A stretch of 64,000 bases of DNA from Candidatus Poribacteria bacterium (GTDB lineage Bacteria > Poribacteria > WGA-4E > WGA-3G). A program made the translations under genes and the position numbers. Below the pieces are notes generated by a model. It did no database searches and was not told where the DNA came from. It saw only the letters and a list, made by a program, of their open reading frames with translations. Location of the stretch: assembly GCA_965197475.1 (NCBI GenBank), contig CBDANF010000003.1, forward strand, positions 448,001-512,000, in the 5' to 3' direction. How positions within the stretch are numbered: the first letter of the stretch is position 1; each line of letters starts with the position of its first letter. Positions 41,547 to 50,091 of the stretch are shown piece after piece.

Positions 41547-42803
41547 ATGATGTCAAACATTTCAGATGAAAGATTGATAGTCGCCGCGGTGAAAGATGGT
41601 GATTCCGATGCAATGGAAGAACTGAAAAAACGAGCAATATTTGGGAAATATGGGATACGTGCTATTCTCAAAAGAAAGCAGTGGCAGTTTTCTGATGAAG
41701 AAATAAAAAGTCTTGAAGAAAAAATACTTGACCGTATATCCAATACTTTACCTAGTTATAGTTACACAGTTACTTTCCAAATATGGGTTTTTCGTATTAC
41801 TATCAACAGGGCTGCACTATATAAAGAGAATAATGCTGAGGAAACTATAGATAATACCCAGAACGAGGTAGATCAGTCGAAAGTTCCACCTATAAATAGC
41901 CATACCCCCGAAAAACCTAAGCACCCTCCTCTGGAACAAATTGACTTTGAGATTCGTTCCGTTGTAAGTTTGCTGAACCAATCCCCTGACATACAAACGT
42001 TCACTTCCTGTAGTGGACATCCAGATCAGAAGGTATGGGAAAGAAAACGCAGATGGGTTCAGAATGGTGGGTGGATTGGGATAAGCCCCACCGGGGACCC
42101 GCGTAGTGCCTTGGATTTCCTTGTCAGTATGCTGGCGAGATTGGATAACACACATGCCCTGAATACAACTGAAACCATTTCAACCGATGAAATTCACGAG
42201 CGATACAAGCAAGCAGACGCAGAAGCGTTGTTTTGTTCCGGTGGACCTATTGTAATTGTAGATGTTTCACTTCGCTTTTTTGCTTCTCATCGTGAAGTGG
42301 AACAACGTTTACAAATCTGGAAACAATTCACTACTTGCATAAAAGAGTTGATACCAGATAACGAGGAAATTACTACTGAAGTTGACACACCAGAGATGGC
42401 AGCACAACTAATGCAAAATGTACTTCATCGGTCACCTTTCCTATATAGTGTCAGACTTGAGACAAGCCGTGAGGGATTTCTCGGTATTGCCATGAAAACA
42501 GTAGCAGATCTCCCTTTATTACGATGGTATTCAATGTTATCAAAACGGCTGCATGAACACCTTGATGCAGCAGAACATGTGCTGCCTCCAGACACACAAC
42601 AGACTACACCATCTACTATGAAATGGAGTTTCCGTTTACGACCATTTCTAAACCAGGAATTGATGCCATTGCCGCATCTGTTAACTCCACAATGGGATCC
42701 ACGCACCCGTGAAGACCATCTGAAGATTTGGCAACTCCTTGAGTTAGCGGTTGCGGAACAACTTGAGTCTGAAAATATTATGGTAATGACTAAAAATATT
42801 TAG
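41547..42803 (+). CDS. Hypothetical protein: degenerate ECF sigma region-2-like N-terminus plus TYW3-like domain
   Basis: SDERLIVAAVKDGDSDAMEEL...FQIWVFRITINRA, followed by IDFEIRSVVSLLNQSPDIQTFTSCSGH; strong AAGGAGG RBS. Confidence 0.6.
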   Translation: MMSNISDERLIVAAVKDGDSDAMEELKKRAIFGKYGIRAILKRKQWQFSDEEIKSLEEKILDRISNTLPSYSYTVTFQIWVFRITINRAALYKENNAEETIDNTQNEVDQSKVPPINSHTPEKPKHPPLEQIDFEIRSVVSLLNQSPDIQTFTSCSGHPDQKVWERKRRWVQNGGWIGISPTGDPRSALDFLVSMLARLDNTHALNTTETISTDEIHERYKQADAEALFCSGGPIVIVDVSLRFFASHREVEQRLQIWKQFTTCIKELIPDNEEITTEVDTPEMAAQLMQNVLHRSPFLYSVRLETSREGFLGIAMKTVADLPLLRWYSMLSKRLHEHLDAAEHVLPPDTQQTTPSTMKWSFRLRPFLNQELMPLPHLLTPQWDPRTREDHLKIWQLLELAVAEQLESENIMVMTKNI

Positions 42804-42808
42804 TCATT

Positions 42809-44163
42809 CTGATATTTCTCAGAATGGTCTTCAACCTAATAATCATCAATAGAAACAAGGTGTAACGCCATGGAAATGCGTTTTTGCTGTGTCCATTTTC
42901 CTTGACTTTTATAGCATGAGAGCCCATCCTAATTACAGTTTCAGACATAAAATGCATTAGGAGGACATCTCATGCTAACTCAGCTTATCAAATCTATAAC
43001 CTTTTTTCAACTACTTCTTTCTTCACAGTTTCGCACCTTGAAACAGGGTCTTGTTCATACCTTAGTGTTTTTGTCAACCTGTCATCTGTTTGGACTTACT
43101 AACCCGAATCAAGTGGCGGATGCGCTGTCTATTCCGAAAACGAGGCTATATCGGGAACTGAACACGATGAGTCTTTATCTCTGGCAGCATCTTTTTGTGC
43201 GTATCGGGTGTTCTATTGCGTTAGAGGTGCTACAGGAGGCAGTATCAAAAAGTGCTTCTACCCTATCGCGTCTGTGTATCGTCATCAGTGTGGATGATAC
43301 CTTTGTTTTCCGTTATGGAGCGGAACTCTCCTACGTATCTGATTGGTGGTCTTCTCAAGCAAATCAGCCGATGAAGGGACAAAATATATTGGGGATCACA
43401 ATAAAGATTGGAAATCAGATCATTCCGCTGAATATGCGACTGGTCAGCAAACAAGGCCGCGGGAACACGGATAAACCCTCCTGTGTCATCACTATGTTCA
43501 AGGAAGTGGTGTTCTTCTTTGAAGAGACCGGAATAGATATCCGAAACTATCCGATCACCTTTGATTCGTGGTATGGTAGCCGCCACTTGATTGACACCTT
43601 GCGAGAAATGGGATTTGAAACGATCCTTGTGCACGGAAAAAGCAACTATGTGATGACGATTGATGAAAAAAGGGCGAAACTCTCGGAACATAAAAAGTCG
43701 ATCAAACTCCTCTCCAATCAATGGGGTTGCGATAAACCGGTCTATCGCACTAAAGCCACAAGTCCAACTTTTGGAAAAGTCGTGGTGTTGTTCTTGGCAG
43801 ACCGTGGCAAAATCCGAACAATGCTGGTATTCGGGAAACCACTCCGTGCTTGTGAAATCCTACGGATATGGTCTCAACACCACGGTATAGAACAGTATTG
43901 GCGGCATCTAAAAACAGACCTAAACCTCGCATCCATGAGCCTAAAAGGACGGAATGGCGCGTATGCGAACTTAGGTGTGAAAGTGATGAGCTACCTTTTG
44001 ATACAGCAGGTCAGTCGCTCCGTGCGAAAAACCTTTCATCAAGGACAACTTGAACTTTCAGGACAGAGGCAGATGCTGTCTGATCTCAGCGAGCATTTTC
44101 ATGAACAAATACCAAGAAAACACTGATAAACATTGACATATGAAGAATTTTGATAAATATCAG
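42809..44163 (+). mobile_element. IS701/IS4-superfamily insertion sequence
   Basis: Imperfect inverted repeats CTGATATTTcTCAgAAT / ATTtTGAtAAATATCAG around the transposase. Confidence 0.75.
42972..44126 (+). CDS. DDE transposase (IS701/ISH3/IS4 superfamily)
   Basis: ISVDDT, TFDSWYGS, HGIEQYWRHLK catalytic motifs. Confidence 0.85.
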   Translation: MLTQLIKSITFFQLLLSSQFRTLKQGLVHTLVFLSTCHLFGLTNPNQVADALSIPKTRLYRELNTMSLYLWQHLFVRIGCSIALEVLQEAVSKSASTLSRLCIVISVDDTFVFRYGAELSYVSDWWSSQANQPMKGQNILGITIKIGNQIIPLNMRLVSKQGRGNTDKPSCVITMFKEVVFFFEETGIDIRNYPITFDSWYGSRHLIDTLREMGFETILVHGKSNYVMTIDEKRAKLSEHKKSIKLLSNQWGCDKPVYRTKATSPTFGKVVVLFLADRGKIRTMLVFGKPLRACEILRIWSQHHGIEQYWRHLKTDLNLASMSLKGRNGAYANLGVKVMSYLLIQQVSRSVRKTFHQGQLELSGQRQMLSDLSEHFHEQIPRKH

Positions 44164-44234
44164 TCTACTATAACGTGAGTTCGATAATAAAATACAAATA
44201 TAGATGTAGGTATGGGTTTCGCTGCGCTCTACCC

Positions 44235-44523
44235 CATAGGTGTCAACTTAAAGATTTTTCGAATATGAAAAATGCTCTTCAGCCCCGTAGGGACGCAATG
44301 TTTATAGAAAACGTGGTGAACATCCGTTTGAGCCCCGTAGGGGCGGTATGTTATAGCCTCGGTTTACCAATCAAGATATGTCGCTCCTACGGAGCTCAAG
44401 AGTTGTGTTGATACGCCGTGCTATAAACATATCGTCCTTACGGGACTAAATATGGGACAGTCTCAATCATAATGCTCATTGAGAGGTGTTCATAAAACTC
44501 AGAAATTACCTTAAGTTAACCTT
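44235..44523. repeat. MITE-like element with AGCCCCGTAGGG / CCTACGG internal inverted repeats
   Basis: CATAGGTGTCAACTTAA ... TTAAGTTAACCT ends; related ends near 32432, 55945 and 56218. Confidence 0.5.
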
Positions 44524-44979
44524 TCTTGTGGAGGGCTTTGTAAGCCCGATTTTTGAGACTCGAGTTGTTAAATCCAAATCAACGCCGAATGTGCTTGGCA
44601 GAATACGCGTATGGTATTCTGCATGATTCGTCGGGGTTGGAAACCCCTCCCACGGGGAAAATCCGTGTAATCCGAGTCTCAGAACAAGACACAAACCGAT
44701 TAATTCCAACAAAAAACGGATTCATTTTCTTAAATCGACGCTTATGGCGCGCTGCTTACGCGCACCTATCTTTTTTCGGAGCTTATTTGGATACGTATAA
44801 AAATCTCATTTTCGCGTATCTCTAAATCCTATAAATCGCGTATGCATCCAAAAAAATACATTTTTATGAAAAAGTACTATCTTTTTGTTGGCAAATGTAT
44901 CTTTATACACAAAGGATACTTTATGTTTTGAGCGTTTTCAAACTTGTTTACTTGCATCTGGCATGAAAAAGGAGAAAGA

Positions 44980-45759
44980 ATGTTTAAAGAATTTCTCAAC
45001 AACAACTGGTTTTTCATAGGAATTGGGTTTGTAGTGATTTTTGGTATCGGATGCTATCTATGGTTTCAGAACGACCTTGCTAACTTCCGACAACACTATG
45101 CATCAATTAGTCAACTTAGTAAATCCAAAGAAACGCGAAAGGCCGGAAGCTTACAAACAGAGCAGAGCGACAAACCACAACCTGAAGCGCAATCTGTGAA
45201 AAACAGTCCTGCTCCCAAAAACACTACTGATGGCACACATAGTGTCACCAGTACAATAGAGGAAAACTCAGAAAACGTCACTGATACTACGTTAGAAGGG
45301 ACAATTGAGGAAACTGTTTCAACGGAAGAGGAAGCAGCGGAAAACCTCTCACCTGAAGAATTGAGGGAACAAGAACTCAAAAAACGACTGAAGGATATCT
45401 CTGCACAGATGAAAGTATTGATAGAAAAAGCAGGCGGTAAAGTAGACGCTTCAAGCGACCCTGAAGTGAGACGTGAGATGCAGCAGCTTACAACAGAAAT
45501 GTTTCAAATTATGCAAGAAGGGGTAAAAGAAGAAGACCAACCAGCCTTCAACTTCTTCATGAATTTAATGACAATAGGAAACAATTCCGTAAACTCAAAA
45601 GGTGAATTGATTGTTTCCGAATATGTAAAAATGGCAGATTTAATGGAATCCGCAGGAATGGGTGAAATAGCAAAAGGTATGCGTGCCTTAGCACAGATCG
45701 CTATAGATAGTGGAAGCGATGTAATTAAACCCGAGCATATTAATAAGGCTCTCAGATAA
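44980..45759 (+). CDS. Hypothetical membrane-anchored protein
   Basis: ATG after AAGGAG; single N-terminal TM, low-complexity linker, helical C-terminus. Confidence 0.75.
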   Translation: MFKEFLNNNWFFIGIGFVVIFGIGCYLWFQNDLANFRQHYASISQLSKSKETRKAGSLQTEQSDKPQPEAQSVKNSPAPKNTTDGTHSVTSTIEENSENVTDTTLEGTIEETVSTEEEAAENLSPEELREQELKKRLKDISAQMKVLIEKAGGKVDASSDPEVRREMQQLTTEMFQIMQEGVKEEDQPAFNFFMNLMTIGNNSVNSKGELIVSEYVKMADLMESAGMGEIAKGMRALAQIAIDSGSDVIKPEHINKALR

Positions 45760-45964
45760 AGTCAAAGTTTATTGTATAACGTAACTCGTTTACGATATGC
45801 TTTTTTGAACCTGTTTTCGACACACCAAATCCACACCGATTGCCATCAGTGCCTTCGGTGTGGATTCGTGGAACGATCTGTAATGTCTCCTTCGGTATAT
45901 CTCACAACATTCTTCTTCAGTTCATACCTTTGACAAAACTTTACACACCCCAAAAAAACTTTGC

Positions 45965-45993
45965 TTGCAATCTGATCGTAATTGTGTTATCCT
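45965..45993 (+). promoter_or_regulatory. sigma70 promoter
   Basis: TTGCAA-17 bp-TATCCT upstream of the 46155 gene cluster. Confidence 0.5.
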
Positions 45994-46007
45994 ATCTATA
46001 AAGAAAT

Positions 46008-46129
46008 CAGGACTTACGCAATGTGTTTAAAAGTCCCCTTGATAAGGGGGATTTAGGGGGTTAAAAGCACTAAATTCTGCCTATTTAACCCCCCTAACCC
46101 CCCTTATCAAGGGGAATGCGTAAGTCCTG
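46008..46129. mobile_element. 122-bp MITE (CAGGACTTACGCA ends), copy 1
   Basis: 13-bp perfect inverted repeats, long internal palindrome, 5-bp target duplication GAAAT. Confidence 0.85.
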
Positions 46130-46154
46130 GAAATATACAAACGGGGACAAAGCA

Positions 46155-46961
46155 ATGAAATTGGGTTTATGCACCATCACTTTTCAAGAAAAACCGTTGG
46201 AAGAGGTCATCAATATCGCTGCTGACTACGGATTTGATGGGATAGAGGTTTGGGGAAAACCGCCACACATGCCAGCGGAATACGATGAAATTCATATAAA
46301 AAACATTAGGGATTTAGTTCAACAAAAAGGATTGGCGATTTCCGCATTCGGATCCTACGTAGAACCGTTGCGGCATCTTCATCAAAAATATTTTGAAGAA
46401 GCGTTTAAAATTGCGCATGAACTTGGTACCGATCTGGTTAGAATCTGGTCAGGTGGAGGTCCATCAAAATCCATAGCACCTGCCGATAAACGACTGATCC
46501 TTTTCCGATTAGTCAGTTTGGCACAATGGGCGAGTTTCCGTAGTATAAAATTGGGCATGGAAATGCATAATAACCATCTTACAGACACTGTTGATAGTAT
46601 CATAGAGATAATTGAGAGTACTAACTTATCCTCTCTTAAAACCTACTATCAACCACTTGCTCGGTTTGATGCTGATGAACCCCATACAGCGGCACAACGA
46701 CTCGCATCTCACGTTGTGAACGTGCATGCACAAAACTTTGATGAAAACGGAAAAGCATGTGCAATCGCGGATGGTGTTGTTGACTATAGCAGGATTGTGG
46801 AGACACTAAGTGGGGCAGATTATGAGGGTTACGTTCAGGTAGAATTTGTACACGGTGATAACAAATTAGAAGCTTTACAACGCGACAGAGACTACCTCGC
46901 GAGTTTAACTACGCCTTTAGCAGAGAGTTCCTTGAAAAATTTGGACACCGCGCCTGTATAA
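46155..46961 (+). CDS. Sugar phosphate isomerase/epimerase (xylose-isomerase-like TIM barrel)
   Basis: MKLGLCTITF..AADYGFDGIEVW, EMH, NVHAQN, YEGYVQVEF motifs. Confidence 0.85.
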   Translation: MKLGLCTITFQEKPLEEVINIAADYGFDGIEVWGKPPHMPAEYDEIHIKNIRDLVQQKGLAISAFGSYVEPLRHLHQKYFEEAFKIAHELGTDLVRIWSGGGPSKSIAPADKRLILFRLVSLAQWASFRSIKLGMEMHNNHLTDTVDSIIEIIESTNLSSLKTYYQPLARFDADEPHTAAQRLASHVVNVHAQNFDENGKACAIADGVVDYSRIVETLSGADYEGYVQVEFVHGDNKLEALQRDRDYLASLTTPLAESSLKNLDTAPV

Positions 46962-46986
46962 TAAACAGAATCGGTTTATTCGTTGT

Positions 46987-47601
46987 ATGCGGTTAGAAGT
47001 CGGTATCATCGCATTAGTGGAAGAGGTATTGGGAACAACTGCAGATAAACGTATGCAGTTTGAATGGCTTTGTAATAAGCCGTGCCGTGAGCATTTCTGC
47101 GAATATTACGACCCTCTGATGGAACTCTACGTTGAACTTAACGGTGACTGGAAAGGGACATCAGCAAAGTCTGACGGTTATCTTACGCCAGATGCATATT
47201 TTCCCGAACCGTATCATTTTATCTTTGAGTTTGATGAACTGCAACACTTCACCCGGTTCCGAGAATTGACATTCAGGTTTTATCCTGAGAATATACCGCT
47301 TGCTTACGCACCGGAGACGTATATAGAGTTTTGCCAGCAGCACCACGATGCGGCACTTGCAAAGGGGCCTGACCGATTTCGACGGCGCACTGCTGATTTT
47401 CCTTACGTTAACGGTCGCGCTGCACAACGTGCTTTCTTTGACACTTTCAGGGATTGGCTTCCCCCACGACACGGGCTGAATCCTACGGTGAGACTAGCTG
47501 AATTTGAAGTTAAACCTATTCTCAACGGAGAATTAACTGGAAATGCCGCGAATGCCTACATGGAACGGTTAATTTGTGAGCGAATCGTGACTTCCAGATA
47601 G
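46987..47601 (+). CDS. Hypothetical protein, possible PD-(D/E)xK-like fold
   Basis: LTPDAYF...FIFEFDELQHF resembles a restriction-endonuclease-like D...E-x-D/E core. Confidence 0.55.
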   Translation: MRLEVGIIALVEEVLGTTADKRMQFEWLCNKPCREHFCEYYDPLMELYVELNGDWKGTSAKSDGYLTPDAYFPEPYHFIFEFDELQHFTRFRELTFRFYPENIPLAYAPETYIEFCQQHHDAALAKGPDRFRRRTADFPYVNGRAAQRAFFDTFRDWLPPRHGLNPTVRLAEFEVKPILNGELTGNAANAYMERLICERIVTSR

Positions 47602-47641
47602 CGAGCTGGAACAATAGAAAAGGTAGGGCACATTACACTAC

Positions 47642-48571
47642 ATGGACAACCTAACTGGTTCAACAGTGAATCTATCAGATTATCCACTGCTTCAACTGAT
47701 TGGACAGACTCCCCTCACCAAAATTGATCTCTTTTCTAAAGAATTGCCAAATATAGAGATCTATGCGAAAGTGGAGACCTATAACCCCGGCGGTTCCATC
47801 AAAGACCGACCAGTTTTGCGAATGTTAACGGAGGCAATTGCTTCTGGAGAACTCACACGCGAAAAAGTGATTTTAGATTCCAGCTCAGGCAATGCGGGGA
47901 TCGCTTACGCTATGATCGGTGCCATCCTTGGATATAAAGTTGAACTCGTGATTCCAGACAATGCAACTGAAGAACGAAAAAAACGCATCAGTTCACACGG
48001 CGCAGAGATTATCTATACCGATGCAATCCTTGGCTATGATGAAGCACTGCGAGAAGTTGATCGCAGGTACGAAGCACAACCGGAAAAATATTTTTTCAAA
48101 TCGCAATACGAAAATGAAAATAACTGGCGTGCCCATTTTGATACTACAGGTGTAGAAATCTGGGAGCAAACTGGTGGAAAACTGACCCATTTTGTCGCGG
48201 GTGTAGGAACAGGTGGCACTATCACAGGCGTAGGACGACGACTCAAAGATTATAATCCTGATATTCAGGTCTGTTCCATTGCACCTGAGAGGTTTCCTGG
48301 GATTGAAGGATTAAAACCTCTTGGACATCATGATGACATTGTACCTGAAATTCTTGATGAAAATGTTATTGATTACCGAATTCCTGCCTCAATTGAAAAT
48401 GCGCACGAAATGTGTAGCCGTCTTGCACGACAAGGTTGGTTTGTTGGGACATCTTCCGGTGGGTATCTTTACGGCGCATACAAACTTGCACAACAGATAC
48501 AGAAAGGTGTTATCGTTACAGTGTTTAATGACCTTGGTGAAAGATATTTTAGTATGAGATTGTGGGATTGA
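47642..48571 (+). CDS. Cysteine synthase family (CysK/CysM) PLP enzyme
   Basis: NPGGSIKDR, SSSGNAG, GVGTGGTITG, DLGERYFS motifs. Confidence 0.92.
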   Translation: MDNLTGSTVNLSDYPLLQLIGQTPLTKIDLFSKELPNIEIYAKVETYNPGGSIKDRPVLRMLTEAIASGELTREKVILDSSSGNAGIAYAMIGAILGYKVELVIPDNATEERKKRISSHGAEIIYTDAILGYDEALREVDRRYEAQPEKYFFKSQYENENNWRAHFDTTGVEIWEQTGGKLTHFVAGVGTGGTITGVGRRLKDYNPDIQVCSIAPERFPGIEGLKPLGHHDDIVPEILDENVIDYRIPASIENAHEMCSRLARQGWFVGTSSGGYLYGAYKLAQQIQKGVIVTVFNDLGERYFSMRLWD

Positions 48572-48617
48572 CGTATCTTTTGATCGAAGATTCCGAACGA
48601 AGTAAAATAGGAGTTCT

Positions 48618-49880
48618 ATGGAAACGACAGTTATTCCGTTTCGTGGCTTACGCTACAATTTAGGGAAGGTGGAAAATATCACCGATGTTATCGCACCGCC
48701 TTATGATGTCATCAAACCTGAAGAACGGATTGAGTTGGAAGCGCGGCATCCCACTAATATCATCCGCTTAATTTTGAGCCAGCCGCGCGACAATGACACT
48801 GAAAACGATAATCAATACACACGCGCTGCCGCATTACTGAACCAATGGATTTCTGACCAAACCCTCGTCCGAGACACCACCCCTCGTTATTATATCTACG
48901 ATCAATCCTTTCACGCACCAGATGGAAAGCACTATACACGCCGTGCTATAATTGCCCTCGGTAAACTTGAACCTTTTGAAAATAGGGTTATTCTGCCTCA
49001 CGAAAAGACACATGCGGGACCGAAGATTGATCGACTCAATCTGATGCGGACTTGTCATGCGAACCTTAGTCCAATATTTCTTTTCTACCAAGATCCAAAC
49101 GGTGATATTGAGCAGATCATGCAGGGTTTTACCGATAAAACCCCCCCCGAAGTAGATTGCACTGAAACTTTTGGAAGTACACATCAATTGTGGTGTTTAG
49201 ACAATCCTGAATCCAATCGTGAAATTCAAAACCTATTTTCGTCGAAACCACTTCTGATTGCCGATGGACATCACCGCTATGAAACTGCCCTTGCATTTCG
49301 TGATGAGACGGTAAAGAATGCGGAAGACAAGACATCTGAGGGTTATGGCTATATGATGATGAATCTTGTCCGTATGGAATCATCGGGTTTAGCTGTTTTA
49401 GCAATTCACCGTTTACTGAGTAATCTTACTACAGAACAGATCAATCATGCTATTGCCGGGTTGCCCGAAGTATTTGAGGTACACGAAATCGATTCCCTTT
49501 CAAATCTTATGGAAAAATTGGGTACGTTTAAAGGGAAATCTCCTGCTGTTGGCATGTCCACACCTGACAAAAAATATCGTTTGTTAATTCCGCATTCCGC
49601 GTCTGCAGGACAATTAGATGTTACGCTTGTTCAAGAGACCATTATCAACAAGTTGTTTAAGGTCGAGACATTAGCAGACCATATCAGTTATACTGCTTAT
49701 GCTGATGATGCTGTAGCTCATGTTCATTATACGCAGCACCGTGTTGCATTACTCATGAATCCTACACCAGTTGAGCAGGTTTTAGATGTCGCAATGGCAG
49801 GATTGGTGATGCCGCAGAAATCAACTTATTTCTATCCAAAGATGGCGACAGGATTCGTTGTGAACCTATTGAATAGATAA
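48618..49880 (+). CDS. DUF1015 family protein
   Basis: PFRGLRY, APPYDVI, ILPHEKT, IADGHHRYETA, MPQKSTYFYPK motifs. Confidence 0.9.
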   Translation: METTVIPFRGLRYNLGKVENITDVIAPPYDVIKPEERIELEARHPTNIIRLILSQPRDNDTENDNQYTRAAALLNQWISDQTLVRDTTPRYYIYDQSFHAPDGKHYTRRAIIALGKLEPFENRVILPHEKTHAGPKIDRLNLMRTCHANLSPIFLFYQDPNGDIEQIMQGFTDKTPPEVDCTETFGSTHQLWCLDNPESNREIQNLFSSKPLLIADGHHRYETALAFRDETVKNAEDKTSEGYGYMMMNLVRMESSGLAVLAIHRLLSNLTTEQINHAIAGLPEVFEVHEIDSLSNLMEKLGTFKGKSPAVGMSTPDKKYRLLIPHSASAGQLDVTLVQETIINKLFKVETLADHISYTAYADDAVAHVHYTQHRVALLMNPTPVEQVLDVAMAGLVMPQKSTYFYPKMATGFVVNLLNR

Positions 49881-49925
49881 ACCAGAACAATATTGTGGTA
49901 AGCGTGCTGTTTATTGTTTTAAAGT

Positions 49926-50047
49926 CAGGACTTACGCAATGTGTTTAAAAGTCCCACTGATAAGGGGGATTTAGGGGGTTAAAAGCACCAAATTCTGCCT
50001 ATTTAACCCCCTAACCCCCCTTATCAAGGGGGAATGCGTAAGTCCTG
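49926..50047. mobile_element. 122-bp MITE (CAGGACTTACGCA ends), copy 2
   Basis: Near-identical to 46008..46129; has its own 5-bp target duplication AAAGT. Confidence 0.85.
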
Positions 50048-50091
50048 AAAGTAATCATAGGCTTTACTCAACACAGGAGATAGTTGACATT

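Noticed and set aside
44175-44825. Short ORFs downstream of the IS701-like element
   Set aside because: They fall in MITE/REP palindromic DNA with no protein-like signal.
46008-50047. Composite transposon carrying the four genes between the two MITEs
   Set aside because: Each MITE has its own distinct 5-bp target duplication, so they inserted independently.
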